A DNA stretch of 64,000 nucleotides from Octopus sinensis (taxonomy: Eukaryota), in assembly GCF_006345805.1 (NCBI RefSeq), contig NC_043007.1, forward strand, positions 56,234,001 to 56,298,000. Reading direction: 5' to 3'. Of the stretch, positions 15,120 to 32,133 are shown in pieces. Position 1 is the stretch's first letter. Every line of letters begins with the position of its first letter. The notes below the pieces were generated by a model. The model was not told the origin of the DNA and ran no database searches. It worked only from the letters and a program-made list of their open reading frames with translations. The translations under genes and the position numbers were made by a program.

Positions 15120-15850
15120 TTCCTGGTAGGAATTATGTTGGTAGCGGGTTACTACCTGTAACCTTACGTATCCACAAGTATTCAGCAGCCTTTTAAGTGC
15201 TTACAACCTTCCTGTCTGTTTCTAAGAGACAAACTTTCTGTAGGATTTCTATCGGGCATTCTATTTGAATCTCTTTCAGCCATTTGTCTATAGCTTAGCT
15301 TACAACTTTCAACGCATGACCTTTACTATTCGCATGCTCCAAATTCTTCCTATTTCATATTTTAAGAGTTTGTACTCTTTTCGTCCTCTTTCTTTATGAT
15401 CCTGGAATCAAACGGGCATGATGGGTCAATTAGTAAGCAACTTCCCTTTTCCATCTCTACAATCGTTATGTCTGGTCGATTATTTTCTAACTTCTTCTGC
15501 GTTTGAATAGGAAAGCCCCACAAAATCTTATATTTCTCCGACTCCAGAACTCATTCGACTCGATGACTGTACCACGTGTTTCCAGCTTCAAATCGCCGTT
15601 TCTGGCACAGTTTCCAGTGTAAAACTTTTACAACCTGGCCGTGCCTCCACTTCTTATATTCTTCTGTGACAACTTGCAGCATTCTGTCACAATATGTGCT
15701 ACTGTTTCATTCCAAGTTCTACGGGCTCTACATTTTTCTGACACATTCTCTCCATACATATTTTTTGTCAAGTTTTTGTTTTTATCGCTGAATCTTGACT
15801 GCTGATATTAGGCTCTCTGTTTCATTTTTTAAAATTGCCCCCCTTTTAAC
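15120..15850 (-). mobile_element. R4/Dong 3' fragment (family I)
   Basis: RLE remnants; 3' UTR tacttgtggatacgtaaggttacaggtagtaac shared with 59780-60500. Confidence 0.7.
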
Positions 15851-15891
15851 AAAGCCCAGGATTATTATTATTATTATCATCATCATCATCA

Positions 15892-15931
<40 letters not shown>

Positions 15932-15932
<1 letters not shown>

Positions 15933-17005
15933 TTCTCTTTATCAAGGGTTTTGTTGGCGCCCCTGGGATCCTGCATGCGTAGCGGGCTTACTACTTGCTG
16001 CCTACGGTACCATGCTATTCTCTCTTTTCAGCTATCTAATACTTTCCTGATTATTCTGACCGTGCCAAGGAGCCAAATCGTTTGTAACAGTGCTACTGGG
16101 TACTGTATTCCAATTCTCTTTATGTTCCTCTTGATGCCTTCTGATAATGTTTCCAAAACCCAACAATAATTGGCACTATATTCACAGCCATGATATTTCG
16201 TACTTAAGAGGGTTGTATCCATCTACCTTTCCGCTTTCCTTCTTGATTATTCTTCGGGCAAATGGGCATGCAACATCAACTATATAGCACATGTGTTGCA
16301 TCTTGTCCACCACCACTTGGTTCTGTCTGTTATGCTCTAGCACCTGATCTGTTTGGATTGGGAAATCCCAGAGAATTTTGCTACTCTCCGACTCCGCCAC
16401 TCTCTGCGATTTGTGCTCATACCACGTCTTGTCTCTCTATAGACCCCACTTTTTGCAGAATTTCAAAGGAGCGTCTTCGCTACCTGGTTGGGTCGCCACA
16501 CCCTGTGGTGCTTTTGGGCAAGACTAGGGCATTCGTTCGTGATATGGGCAATGGTTTAATCTACCTTATTGCAGATGCGGCACAGCGGAGACACTTGCTT
16601 ATTCCTAAAGTTGACCCTCCAGTTCGTGGTCAAAGCTTGGTCTTGCGCTGTCATTATAGTCCTCTTGTCCCTTTTGAGGTTTTCTATCATCAGCCAATCC
16701 CACCTATTTTTTCCAGCAATTTCTATTGTGGCTACACGGAACTGGTTGTGTGGCCCCTTCTTGCGTAATTATTCACGTCTTTTTGTACTTCTTCCTTTGT
16801 TTTCACATTTTTTTCCTCTGTTCTCAATATTCCCTCGTTCCTAACTGTCACTATCAAGGTTCTTTTACTTTGGACTAGGTGTCTCAGTAATCTCTCGAGT
16901 TCGATACGCACGCAGTCTTCCACACATATTAGTTCCCTTCCTCAATTTGTTCTCTTCATGTATAGGCGATCAGTTTCTGCTCGTGGATGATGGGCTCCGT
17001 ACATC
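15932..17005 (-). mobile_element. R4/Dong 3' fragment (family E)
   Basis: ILWDFPIQTD...YIVDVACP...LGTVRIIRKVL; triplet repeats on both sides. Confidence 0.8.
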
Positions 17006-17185
17006 TATTATTATTATTATTATTACTTCTTTCAAATTTTCTTCCATTTCTTGCCGAGTGTCTTCCCGACTCCTAGGGCAAAGAAACTCATAGTGTATAT
17101 TGGTAGGCCATTAAACCAAACTCAGAAGTTCGTTCATTTTTTTTTTTTTTTTTTTTTTAAGTTAGATTAAAATACATGAGCAGCA

Positions 17186-17237
<52 letters not shown>

Positions 17238-17238
<1 letters not shown>

Positions 17239-19669
17239 TATGTTTGACTTTTGCTTTATATTTGTACAAGTTGGCTCCAAGTCCCACCCAGAGACCTCAA
17301 GAGACAACAGGTTGGATGTTCATGTTGTTGTTATGCCTAGTGTGCCATATATTGGGGGGGGGGAGTTTTTGGTGTTGTACTAATGAATGTCTAAAAAAAA
17401 ATTTTTTTTTTTAATTTTTTTTTTTAAACCGAAAGTTATGTTTGTTTTAAACCTTGATATTACATAGAAAGTATTTTGCGTAGGATATGAGCAGTTCCCA
17501 TGAGCACTATCTTTTGAATTTCTGCCATTTTGGGGTTTCCTGGTATCTGAGTTAGATAGCTATCAGCCCCTTTTGCTATCATTCCCAGGTATCGTTTTAG
17601 TCTTCAGGTTCCACATTTTGCTGATTTCTATTTCAAGATCATTATATTTGCTCAGTTTTTGGTAGGTCTTGACAGATACGTTTATATCGATTGGGACAGT
17701 CATATCAATGAGGAGGCATGTTCTTTATTTGAAGTCTTTCAATATGATGTCTGGCCTATTTGCATCTATCTTTCTGTCAGTTTGTATGGTAAGTTCCAGA
17801 GGAGTGAGATGTGGTCATTTGCAAGCACTGGGGGTGGTTTGTGTTCCCACGAGTTATTTTCATGGGGCAAATCCAGGTTTTTGCAGATTACCCAGTGAAT
17901 ATATTGTGCAGCTCTATCGTGCCTGTTGAGATACTCTGTAGGCGCTAGAAGACTGCACTTGGAGACCCCATGGTCAATGGTTTCATTTTGTTGCTGGCAT
18001 ACACGACACGTTGGACTGCTTCTGATCTTTAATATGTTGGCCTGGTAGTTTCTTGTTGGTAGGCATTGATCTTGAGCTGCTATGATAAACCCCTCTGTTT
18101 CATATTTTAAGCCAGAGGCCATTAGCCATTGATGGGTCAGCGCTTTGTCAACATCTGCATTATTTGCTCTCTTTGGGTATTTGCCATAGAGAGGTTTTTC
18201 TTGCAATTTATCATTCAGAATATCTAAGGCCGCAGATTTAGCACGGGTTTCCATGCACTTAGCTTTTTCTGTGCCTGTTTCTTGTATGTCTATCTCTAAT
18301 TCCGAAATTTGTTGTATTCGGAATTCACTTAGATATTCCTTTGCCTGGTTTGTTACTGAGTATGATGCTTTCTTGTTTTCATGTTTTGAGACAAGTTTTA
18401 ACATCCAGTCCTCAGAGTTTTTCAGGTAGGTGTCTAGGCCAATTGTAGCAATCTTCATTGTTATTGCCAGTTGTAAAAGTCCACGGCCTCCCTCTTTTCT
18501 TGGCAGATAAAGTCGTTCTGTATCTGCCTTAGGTTGGTGCATTCTATGCATTGTCAACAGTTTTCGTATTTTTCTGTCAAGATTACATATTTCAGTAATT
18601 GACCAGTTAACGATATTGAAACTGTAAGTCACGACTGGTATGGCTAATGCATTGATCGCTTCGATCCTGTTTCTCGCATTCAGCTCTGTCTTGAGTATTG
18701 CTCTTACTCTGCGATAACATTCTCTCCTGATCCTTTCCTTCATTTCTGAATGCCTTATTCCTTCTCCTTCAATTATCCCAAGATACTTGTAGTTCTCTGC
18801 TGGGTCTAATTATTTTATGACATTCTGCTGGTCAAGGTTAACGTTAGATGTTTTTGCCATTTTTCCTTTGATAAAGGAAGCTTTTGCACACTTATCGAGG
18901 CCAAATTGCATTCTGATGTCATCACTGAATTGTTTGACAATCGTTAGTAAGCCCTTGAGTTGTTGGTCATTTTTTGCAAAGAGCTTTAAATCATCCATAT
19001 AAATGAGATGATTTATATTTTTATCAAACATTTTATATACGTACTGCGCGTCATTGAGCGGTTTTGAGAGAGGTATTAAGGCTAAACAGAAGAGGAGTGG
19101 TGATAGTGAGTCACCCTGGAAAATGCCACATGAAATTTTTACATCACCAGCATTTAGAGATTCATTGTCACTGTTCAAAGTTAGTGTGGTTCTCCATGAT
19201 CTCATACTTACAGACAAAAAGTTTCGCAGAGCAGGTGCTATCTTATACATTTCTAGGCATTTCTTAATCCAGCTATGTGGTAGGCTATCAAAAGCCTTTT
19301 TATAGTGTATCCATGCTATTGATAAGTTTTTGTGTCGTTTGTGACAATCTTCTAAGATCATCTTATTGATGAGTAGTTGATCTTTACAACCGTAGGATCC
19401 ACGTTTGCATCCTTTCTGTTCATTAGGTAATATGCTGCTGTCTGTCAAAAAACTATAGGTATATTCCGTCCGGACAGATGTTAGTGTTTTATACATAGAT
19501 GTTAAGCAGGTTATGGGTCTATAGTTTTTGGGTTCATTTGTTTCTTCACTTTTTGGAAGCAGGAATGTTAACCCATTGACTAGCCAAGGAGGCATTCTAC
19601 TAGGATGTTGCAAAACATCATTGTAAAGTTCTGTTAGCAGTTCATGGCTCTCTGGGAAGGCATTCAACC

Positions 19670-19670
<1 letters not shown>
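17238..19670 (-). mobile_element. R4/Dong family A copy, longer at the 5' end, nonsense codon at about 18810
   Basis: ORFs 18810-19667 (YRPITCL, KGCKRGSYGCKDQL, YMDD) and 17766-18743; nearly identical to 3780-5894; (TAT)n both sides. Confidence 0.95.
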
Positions 19671-22478
<2,808 letters not shown>

Positions 22479-22540
22479 CTATTATTATTATTATTATTAT
22501 TATTGTTGTTGTTGTTGTTGTTGTTGTTTTTGTTGCTGTT

Positions 22541-22578
<38 letters not shown>

Positions 22579-22587
22579 TATTATTAT

Positions 22588-23215
22588 TCGATTAAAACTC
22601 TCATGTTATTTTGCTGGGTATGGCGTATTGTCATCTGTCCAAAGTCAGCAGACTAAGGTGACATTTGTTTATTGCGGAGAATTCTTGCAATTTCAAGCAT
22701 TAATGTTTTTTGTAGGTGTTCTATTTTTACATTTGTACCAATCTTTTTGAGCCACGTTGGTAGTCCAGTGCTGATATTTTCCAAGAGCACCAATTACTAC
22801 TGGTATAACGTCCACACTCATCATTGCCCACAACTTTCGTATTTCCCACTTCAAATTGGCATAGATGTTCAGCTTTTCTTCTTTCTCTTTGATCCTGTTG
22901 TCACCGGGACGTGCTATGTTGATTATCATGCAAGTTCAACAGGATTGCATCCAACAGGATTCTGCACTCCTCACTCTCAGCAACTCCATCTGCGATTTGA
23001 TCATACCATATCTTTGCTCTTTGTAGGCCGTGATTTCCACAGAGCTCCCAATGAATCATTCTTGACACATTGTCATGTCTTTTGTAATCGCGTTGTGCCA
23101 GTTTCGGACACTTTCTAACAATGTTCCATACCTTTCCAACCCTTTCACCACACATTCTGCGTTTGTCGCTCTCAGTTGGGTTGTCAATTCTGCACTATTA
23201 TTATTCCATCCCACC
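22588..23215 (-). mobile_element. R4/Dong 3' fragment (family C)
   Basis: CPKLAQRDYKRHDNV, IARPGDNRIKEKE, IPVVIGALG; homologous to 61340-62155. Confidence 0.8.
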
Positions 23216-23639
23216 ATTGCGAACAACAACAATAATAATAATGGCAGTGATTACAATCGCTAATGAAAGCGATTATGAAAACAAACAGTGACACTAAAAA
23301 TGATATTTTATGAATAGTAGAATCGACAACATTAACATCTACAACAACCACACTGTCATCCAAAGGAAGACAGAACACAAAACTGCTAATATCAGCAACA
23401 ACAGCAGCGCTACTCCTGCCCACCACCATCCATTACAAAACTTCTGACGTCAACAACGGTATTAAACATCACAAACACAATGGTTCTCGCATCGCCAACT
23501 CAAATATTGGTTTCAAATTTTGTCACAAAGCCAGCAATTTTAGGTGAAGATGTAAGTCGATTACATCAACCCCATCATTCAACTGGTACTTATTTTATCG
23601 TCCTCTAAAGGCAAGCGCAGAGCTTTAAGAACCTGAATC

Positions 23640-24080
23640 TGGAAAATGCTTTTGTGTTATTTCCATTCAAACTACCTCAGTATGCCCTGAAGTCCGAAAA
23701 TTAATGATGAACTACTACGGAAAGGTCTACATGCGATTTACTAGAAAAAAGAAACAATACGTAGAATTGACAGAAGTTTGAGGTGGGAATTGCAGCAGGG
23801 TGTACAATTCCAGTCATATGATACATTCTTGGAATGGACGTCATCCTACAAAGCACAATGATCCGACTGGGAAATGAAAATCCAGAAAGCAGACTGATAA
23901 GCTGGGCAAAAATGTCCTTTAAATCAAAGAAAACACGTTACGTGACACTTGTCAATGCGAGACAAAAACGAGTGAAGTATGCATTTTCAAGAGAAGTCAT
24001 GACGATAACGGAATCTAAGAAGAGTCTGGGAAAACTGTATTATGAATCGTTTAGCGACAGAGCTGAAGGGATCAGAATTT
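23640..24080 (+). mobile_element. Hero-like non-LTR RT fragment
   Basis: EVGIAAGCTI and SWAKMSFKSKKTR...KSLGK resemble the Hero-clade GIxxGCTIS and WARMSFKPxKSR motifs (from recall). Confidence 0.55.
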
Positions 24081-24511
24081 AGAAAATAAATGGGGAATTT
24101 TTTCCAGTGAAGTACCTTGTAGATTTTCATTGGCTATGTTGTTTTTAGTGTATTGATTCATACTTTGTGGTCATCGCTTATATTTGTTTGAAAGAAATAT
24201 TTCCAGGTTTTCGCATAATTTTCGCAGATTTTTGTTGTTTCTCGCTTCCTTTTCCTCATTGTATTCTCGAGCAGGACTATGTGTTCTGTTGAGCTTCATA
24301 TTATTCTTATGATGAATGCATTTAATTTCTTTTGTTTTCTAAAGATTTCTTCATTTGTAATTAAAATCGAGATGACCGTTCTTGTTGGCATTTTCTCTGT
24401 TCCACATGTAGTATATAATATTAAAAAGGTCTATAGGTTTATATCAAAAGCAAAGTGAGAGAAGTGCTTTGAGAATTTTATCTTGAATAGAAAGAAGGAA
24501 ATATTTACATT

Positions 24512-24588
<77 letters not shown>

Positions 24589-24608
24589 AATACACACACA
24601 CAAACACA

Positions 24609-24646
<38 letters not shown>

Positions 24647-24860
24647 TGTGCGTGTATTTATAGATAGATAGATAGATAGATGAAATGTAAATATTTTCTT
24701 CTTTCTATTGAAGATAAAATTGTGTGTGTGTGTGAGATAGAGAGAGAAGGAATATGGAAGATACGAGAATATTGATCACAACAGTTCTTTTGACCCATCT
24801 ACAATCGTAGTGGTTAATAAAGAATCTCGTATCTTGTATCTATCTTCCGTCTCTCTCATT

Positions 24861-24943
<83 letters not shown>

Positions 24944-24944
<1 letters not shown>

Positions 24945-25884
24945 TGATTTTTTATTGGCCACACAGGGATGAACACAGAGGGGACAAAATACAAAGTAGA
25001 GCTTTTCTTTTGGGGAAGTAAAGAAAAAAAGGGGGTAGAATTTCGATCAAAAGGGATCGTGGAAAAAAAAACGATCAATAGGGATCGTGTATCACAGAAA
25101 TGTTATAGTGTAAACTGGGAAACAGATTAGGTTTATCCGTGGAAAGAAAAACCTACTGAAAAGACCACGGTAACCTCGGGCAATAACGTCATGCAAAAAA
25201 TACATGACAGTAAGTGACTCTTTTTTCCTTTCTTTTCCTGGTTCATAGGACTATGCTCACGGTGGCTCCGTCATTCACACGCGCCATTCTTACTACATTC
25301 ACCCGTCTTTTTTTGAAACATTCACTAGACAAAACTTCCCTCTCTACTCTTGCCTTCCTCTTCGAGTGATTCTTGAAGAAGTTAACGAGAGATTCACCAG
25401 AGAGGGAAGTGTTTGTCTCTAGACCTTTCAGACGCGTCCACCATACACATTCTTTCGCCATAGCCTTCAAGGAAGGAGGCGCGACAATATCTACGTTAGA
25501 CTCGGTTGATAAACTGACTCGTCCCACACGCGATAGCAGTCGTTCGACATAAGCCCACAGATCGGAAATAGTTGGACACTGTACGAGTGCGTGCAGAACG
25601 GTTTCGTCGCTTTGACCGCATCTCGGGCAGGTCGGCCCCATGTTTCTCGAGCCATACCTGTAGAGCTTATCCCGAACGGGTAGCGCTTCCCGAGAGCACT
25701 GCCAGGCCAGGGATCTCTGGAAGTTGTCCATAGGTCCCGGCCTGAAAGTCGTTTTGAACAGGCGGGTCAGGTATTCCTCGTCGACGCCCAGGTTCGACCC
25801 GAGATCGTCGTCGTACCTCCCCTCAACTAATCTCCTATAGAATGCCTTGGTTGTGCTGCAGTCGCTCAAGGTCGACACGATCAA
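24944..25884 (-). mobile_element. Tx1/L1-clade 3' fragment (zf-RVT region plus 3' UTR)
   Basis: SLAWQCSREALPVRDKL...CPRCGQSDETVLHALVQCP; AATAAA followed directly by (TATC)n. Confidence 0.85.
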
Positions 25885-27137
25885 ATAGAGTTAAAAGAAA
25901 GCAACGTTTTTAACGACAAAGAATTTGTACCGGATTTTTGCATAGATTTAAATATTTTAAAAGGTTTTTTCAATACAGACACAGGCTTGCCGAAATGCAT
26001 CAGTAAATTAACATTGATATTCTTTTCGCCGTTATTACAATAATCTGAAATGGAATTGTCAAAGCACGTTATTCGAATTTTGCTATTCAAGTTCAAAAAG
26101 GACATAAAACAGCTGAAACAGCTCGCGATATCAACGAAACGTTTGGTGAGAAAATTATCAGTGAGTGGTCAGCTCGAAAATAGTTTAAACAATTTCGCAG
26201 TGCAGACCTGAGTCTTGACGATCGTGAGCGTAGTGGACACCCATCTGTCATCGATGACAGTCAATTAAAGACCGTCATTGAGGAAGATCCACGTAAAACC
26301 ACTCGAGAACTGGCAAAAGAACTTGAAGTTAGCCAGAAAACTGCCCGCAACTGTTTGCATGCGATCGGGAAATCATAAAAGCTCGACAAATGGGTACCAC
26401 ACGATTTGAATGAAAGTCAGAGATTGTGCAGATATGAAATTTGCTCGTCGCTCCTTCTCTGTAAACAAGCCGATCTATTTCTCGACTGAATTGTAACTTG
26501 CGATGAAAAGTGGATTCTGTACAGTAATAAAAATCGTTCTTCGCAGTAGTTGGACCAAAATGAAGCACCAAAAACCTTCCATAAACCCGAGCTCTTCAAA
26601 AAGAAGGCTAAGCGACTGTTTGGTGGTGTACTGCTGGACTCATCCACTATTACTTCTTAAAATCCAGAAAAACCATTACTGCAGAAAAATATTGCCATGA
26701 AATTGCCAAAATGAACGAAAAACTGCTACTCCTCCATCCCAAGTTGGTCAACATAAGAGGGCCAATCATTCTTCATGACAATGCTCGACCACACGTTTCA
26801 CTAATGATGCTCCAGAAGTAGAAGAAACTTGGCTTCGAAATTCTTCCCCACCCAGCTTATTCACTGGACCTTTCTCCTACCGACTACCACTTTCCAGGTA
26901 CCTAGATGGTTTCCCGCGAGAGGAGTTAAAAAACCGATGCTGAAAGTGCGTTCAAAGAGTTCATCAGTTCCTGAACTCCAGATTTTTATGTTACTGGAAT
27001 AAGCAAACTTGTAAATCGTTGGTAAAAATGCGTTGATTGTAATGGTTCTTTGATGAATAAAATTTCCGCATTGTTGAAATTATATTGTGATGAATTTTAT
27101 GTTTCAAAACGTGGCTTACTTTTTACTCAGACTAATA
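25885..27137 (+). mobile_element. Mariner transposon relic (Hsmar1-like), multiple stops and frameshifts
   Basis: From ATG at 26050: KLDKWVPHDL, IVTCDEKWILY, HDNARPH, YSLDLSPTDYH; right TIR ending ...cagactaaTA; left TIR partial. Confidence 0.9.
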
Positions 27138-27139
27138 TG

Positions 27140-27485
27140 TCAGGCGTTGTTGTGTGGTAAGAGGTTTGCTTCTAAACCACAAGGATCTGGATTCAGTCTC
27201 ACTGCGGTACCTTGGTCAAATGTCTTCTACCATAGCCTTGAGCCGATCGAACCCTTGTGAGGGGATTTGGTACACGGAAACTGAAAGCAGCCTCTCGTGT
27301 ATATATATATAATTGCGTGTATGTATTTTTTCATCCACTACCACCATTTGATAACTGGTGTCGGTGAGTTTATGTGCTCGTAAATTAGTGGTTCTGCTGA
27401 AAGTGACTGATATCAATAAGTACCAGATTTAAAGAATTCAAGGCGTAGCCCCAGCACAGCTGCAGTCTAATGCCTGAAACAAATA
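27140..27485 (+). mobile_element. SINE family 2, near full length, degenerate
   Basis: Head gtgtggtaag...ttcagtctcactgc, internal (AT)n, tail ...gcctgaaacaa. Confidence 0.7.
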
Positions 27486-27502
27486 CATAAATAGCTATAT
27501 GC

Positions 27503-27503
<1 letters not shown>

Positions 27504-27555
<52 letters not shown>

Positions 27556-27584
27556 TAGATAGATAGATAGATAGATAGATAGGC

Positions 27585-27627
<43 letters not shown>

Positions 27628-27658
27628 TAGATAGATATAGATAGATAGATAGATAGAT

Positions 27659-27744
<86 letters not shown>
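27504..27744. repeat. (GATA)n/(AT)n compound microsatellite
   Basis: Direct reading. Confidence 0.97.
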
Positions 27745-27745
<1 letters not shown>

Positions 27746-28156
27746 TGTTTCTTTATTAGCCACAGAGGGCTGAACACAGACGGGACATATTACAAAGTAG
27801 AGCTTTTTCTTTTTGGGGAGGAAAAAAAAGTGGGGTAGGTTTTCGATCAAAAGGGAGTGTAAAAAGGAAAGAAAAAGAAAGTAAACGATCAATAGAGATC
27901 GTGTATCACTGAAATGTCATGATGTAAAGTGTAGAGGAGGAAACAGATAAGGTTTACCCGTGAAAAGAAAAGCCTACGGAAAAAACCACGGTAACCTCGG
28001 TCAATAATGTCACATGTTAACACATTTATTTGCAAGTAAGTAACTCTCTGTTTGAAATTTTTCCGGGTTCAATGTGGCTTCGTCATTCATGCGTGCCATC
28101 CTTGCTACATTCAACCATCTTTTTTTTAAACATTCGCTACACAAAACTTGCCTCTA
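27745..28156 (-). mobile_element. Tx1/L1 3' end, short, inside (GATA)n
   Basis: Homologous to 24944-25350; GATA repeats on both sides. Confidence 0.85.
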
Positions 28157-28159
28157 GGC

Positions 28160-28202
<43 letters not shown>

Positions 28203-28384
28203 CAGATAGATATATTGATTGATAGATAGATAGGCAGATAGTTATGCATGCATGACAAAAGGATACTAGGCTTCGTATAATAGAAGCTTTGCCGATACGA
28301 CATCAGTGACGCAAAACAACCAGCTTCCAAACCAACAACAGAATTCCGCCAAAACTATCACAGCACAGTCATAGCTTTATACTT

Positions 28385-28880
28385 GTTTCAAATTTTGGCA
28401 CAAGACCAGCAGTTTTAGTGGGAGGGAGTGAGTCGATTAAATCAAACCCAGTATTTGAATGATACTTTATTCTATCGACCCTGGTGGGTTAATTGGCAAA
28501 GTTGGTCTCGATGGAATTTGATCTCAGAATATATAACACCAGAAGAAATACTACACTCCAATGAATCTTCCAAAACATAAATTACAACAAACACTACTGC
28601 TCTAGAAAACAACAATAACAACGGCTTATTTCATATCCGAAAAATAATAATATTTGTTTCAAATTTTGGCACAAGGCCAGGAATTTCGGGGAAGTAGGCA
28701 AGTCGATTACATCGACCCCAGTGCTAGATTGCTACTAATTTTATCGACCCGAAACTACCCCGAAAATGGATGAGATTCAAAGTCGACCTAGGCAGAATTT
28801 GAACTCAGAACGTGAAGACGGACGAAATGCCGCTAAGCATTTTTTCCCGGCGTGATAACTATTCTGACAGCTCACCGCGT
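28385..28880 (-). mobile_element. Two SINE family 1 copies (28385-28540 partial, 28655-28880 near full)
   Basis: Reverse complement of the 32134-32327 copy, including gaatttgaactcagaacg. Confidence 0.8.
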
Positions 28881-29419
28881 TCCTTTATAATAACAATAAT
28901 ACTGATGATAGTAAGGCTTACAATCAACGATGGACATTTAAATAGCCAAGCTGTCTTGTAGAACAAACTACATCCTGGTCTAGCTTCTAATTCCCGCTGT
29001 GTTCTGTCCTCTCCGTTAACTTTAGTGTACTATGTTACCCTTTCGTTCCTGCTTATAATCTTGGCGGGAATCAACTATTTTAACCACACCTCTTGAAGAG
29101 GGAGCCAAGATGACTACACCTTGTTAGCGCATTATTCAGGCAGGTGTTTGATAATAGCCATTTAATTCATTTTGCCGACGAATTCTCATTCAAGATCCAC
29201 TTATGTGTAGCAACGTGTCTGCGCATGTACTTGCATGTACTTGTGTGTGTGTACAAGCGAGCATGTGTGTGCAAGTACGCGCGTGCAGGGTGTGTCTCAG
29301 TAGCTAGGAGTAGCTACGTATGCGAGTGTGTACGTACGTACAGAATAACATACGTAGACACACACACACGCACACACACACAAGCACATATATGCAAGTA
29401 TATATATATATATACATAT

Positions 29420-29452
<33 letters not shown>

Positions 29453-29455
29453 GAG

Positions 29456-29499
<44 letters not shown>

Positions 29500-29500
29500 T

Positions 29501-29556
<56 letters not shown>

Positions 29557-29849
29557 CAGATCTCATATTATGTGGGTGTATATGTGTTATATGTGTGTGA
29601 AGAGAGAGAGAGATAAAGAAAGAAAGAAAGATAGCTAGATATGACAGGCTTCTTTCAGTTTCTATCTACCACTTACATGGCTTTTGTTGCTCCGAGATTA
29701 TAGCAGACACTTGCTCAAGTTACTACGCAGTGGGATTGAACCAGAAGCCATGTGGCTGGGAAGCAAACTTCTTACCACACTGTCTCGCCATGCGTGTATG
29801 TATGTATGTATGTATGTATGTATGTATGTATGTATGTATGTATGTATTT

Positions 29850-30320
29850 TATCTTTTGCTTGTTTCTGTCATTTAACTGCGGCCAAGCTGGGGCAATACC
29901 CTGAAAGTTTTTAGCCGAACAAATCAAGCCCAGTACTTGCTTTTTTAAGTGAAGTACTTATTCTGTCGCTATGATTTGCCAAGCCGCTAGGTTACGTGGA
30001 GGTAAACAGACCAGCATTGGTGGGGACAGGGTGTGGGGCACAGGCAGTGGGGGACAAATACAGATACACAGACACACACATAGATATAAACATGCATACA
30101 TACACATATGTATTAATAAATATAATATATTTGTGTGTTTGTGTGTGCGTGCGTGTAAGACGGGCTTCTTTCAGTTTCCGTCTACCAAATCCACTCACAA
30201 GGCTTTGGTTACCCCAAGGCTATAGTAGAAACACTTGCCCTAGGTGCCACACAGTGGGACTGAATCAGGGACCATGTGGTTGAGAAGCAAACTTCTTACC
30301 AGACGGCCATGTCTGCGCTT
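29850..30320 (-). mobile_element. SINE family 2, full length (partial head also at 29640-29790)
   Basis: Same head/microsatellite/tail order as 62750-63130. Confidence 0.8.
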
Positions 30321-30329
30321 GTATGTATG

Positions 30330-30411
<82 letters not shown>

Positions 30412-30552
30412 TAGATAAATGAATTATCTTATTACGGATTATTCAAATGATAACCGATACCTGGGTAGCAAAAATCACAACAGAAAATTCACGAATAAAA
30501 AGGAATTTTGTTAAATCTTCGTTCAGCTCCATTTCTTCCTACACTATATATA

Positions 30553-30621
<69 letters not shown>

Positions 30622-30660
30622 GCAGGTATATATATAGATGTGTATATATAAATATATGTA

Positions 30661-30714
<54 letters not shown>

Positions 30715-30727
30715 CATATATATATAT

Positions 30728-31785
30728 TGTTACGGACCTCCGAAAGTTGTTACGGAATCCCACCTGCAGTCGCTCAAACTCGAACCCGGGATCCCAGCAA
30801 GTCGAGCGACGACGATTGACCAGGCTCGATCGATCGGCGAATTCACCACGGAACTCAGAGAGGAGAGAGATAACAACAACAACAAACAGCAGCAGGAAGA
30901 GACACAGAGAGAGACACACAGAGGCAATCGGCTTACATTTAACAACTAGTTTATAACAATTATTACATCATCAAATACATTTAAAGAAAACACATGCAAG
31001 AAACAGGTATACAACAGATCGAAGCATTTAAACATGCAGATACAATATACACGTCGAATCAAACAGCATTTAAAGAAAACAACAAATCAATACATTATAC
31101 AATGTTCATGTCACAACTAATTCACGTTACAATTAACGTACACATTAACGATACAGTTCAGAGTTCTTTTCTTGTCTTTTTCCTTCTTTTTTTGTAACAC
31201 GTATCAATACAATTCACATTGTTCTTTATGACACATCAACAAGTCCTTTACTCAATTCTGTAACAGTTCGTTGTAATCTCTTTACATAATTTACATATCA
31301 ACACAATTCACAATGTTCGATTCTTTTACATAAGTAACACAACTCAATAATCAACACATACCGTACAACAGCAAATGCCTCACACCGTAGTCCATCTCTA
31401 TTAGCTGCTTAATCCTATTGCACGTCTTCCTCAACCCCTCATCCTCTCACTCTACTGTCATCTCTCATGACTGTGTGTCTGTCTTCCTCTGCGCTTCCCT
31501 CGTAATCCTTTTGCTGTCTCTGGCAGAACTACCTGTTGCCAACCCACTCTGTTCCGACTGCCTGTTACTACCCCAATCTCACGGCTGGAACTGATCTACA
31601 GACTCACAGCTCCTTTTTATAAGGTAGTTTCTTTGACTCTTCCTTGACCGGCAAAAGGGTAGGGGTCCTTCTAAAAGCCATCACTCTTTCTAAATCAAAG
31701 GACTATAACTTCGTATTGTAGACTTTCAGTCTCCAAGCCAAGCAAAGTAGGTCATAGAAGTGTCCCTGCTGACCTGCTCGTATCA
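30728..31785 (-). mobile_element. Probable solo LTR (Gypsy-like) in (AT)n
   Basis: TGTTACG...CGTATCA termini (6/7 inverted), ATAT on both sides, minus-strand TATAAAAA at 31614-31621. Confidence 0.65.
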
Positions 31786-32133
31786 ATATATATATAATGT
31801 AGGTGACCCATTAGCAATTAAAACTTACAGGCGAATTACTAAACAACGGCACAGTATAGGACAGCATTGCAAGAAGCAAGAGACAAAAAAACGACTCAAT
31901 TAGCCACAAAAGGCACTTATCATACGTTAGCGAAAGAGAGTGGGCAAGAAGGCTACTTACCGTAGTGAAACAAGCTCACAAGTGAAGAAGCATGTCACGT
32001 GATTTCGAAATCTGATGCGCCGCACCTCATGCCTAGGGTTAAGCATAACTAGCCCCAGATGATGTAATCGACTGCCTCCCTCCCCAAATGTCAGGCCTAT
32101 AGTAGAAAGGATTATTATTATTATTATTATTGA

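Noticed and set aside
25595-25630. ccgagatg...gcgacgaaaccg hammerhead-like string (also at 33100-33130)
   Set aside because: Encodes the Tx1 zinc-finger CPRCGQSDET; core and stems are incomplete.
31961-32040. Strong minus-strand donor (ACG/gtaagt) after a CpG-rich stretch; similar isolated donor at 42827
   Set aside because: No convincing acceptor or recognisable peptide; isolated splice-like motifs are expected by chance.
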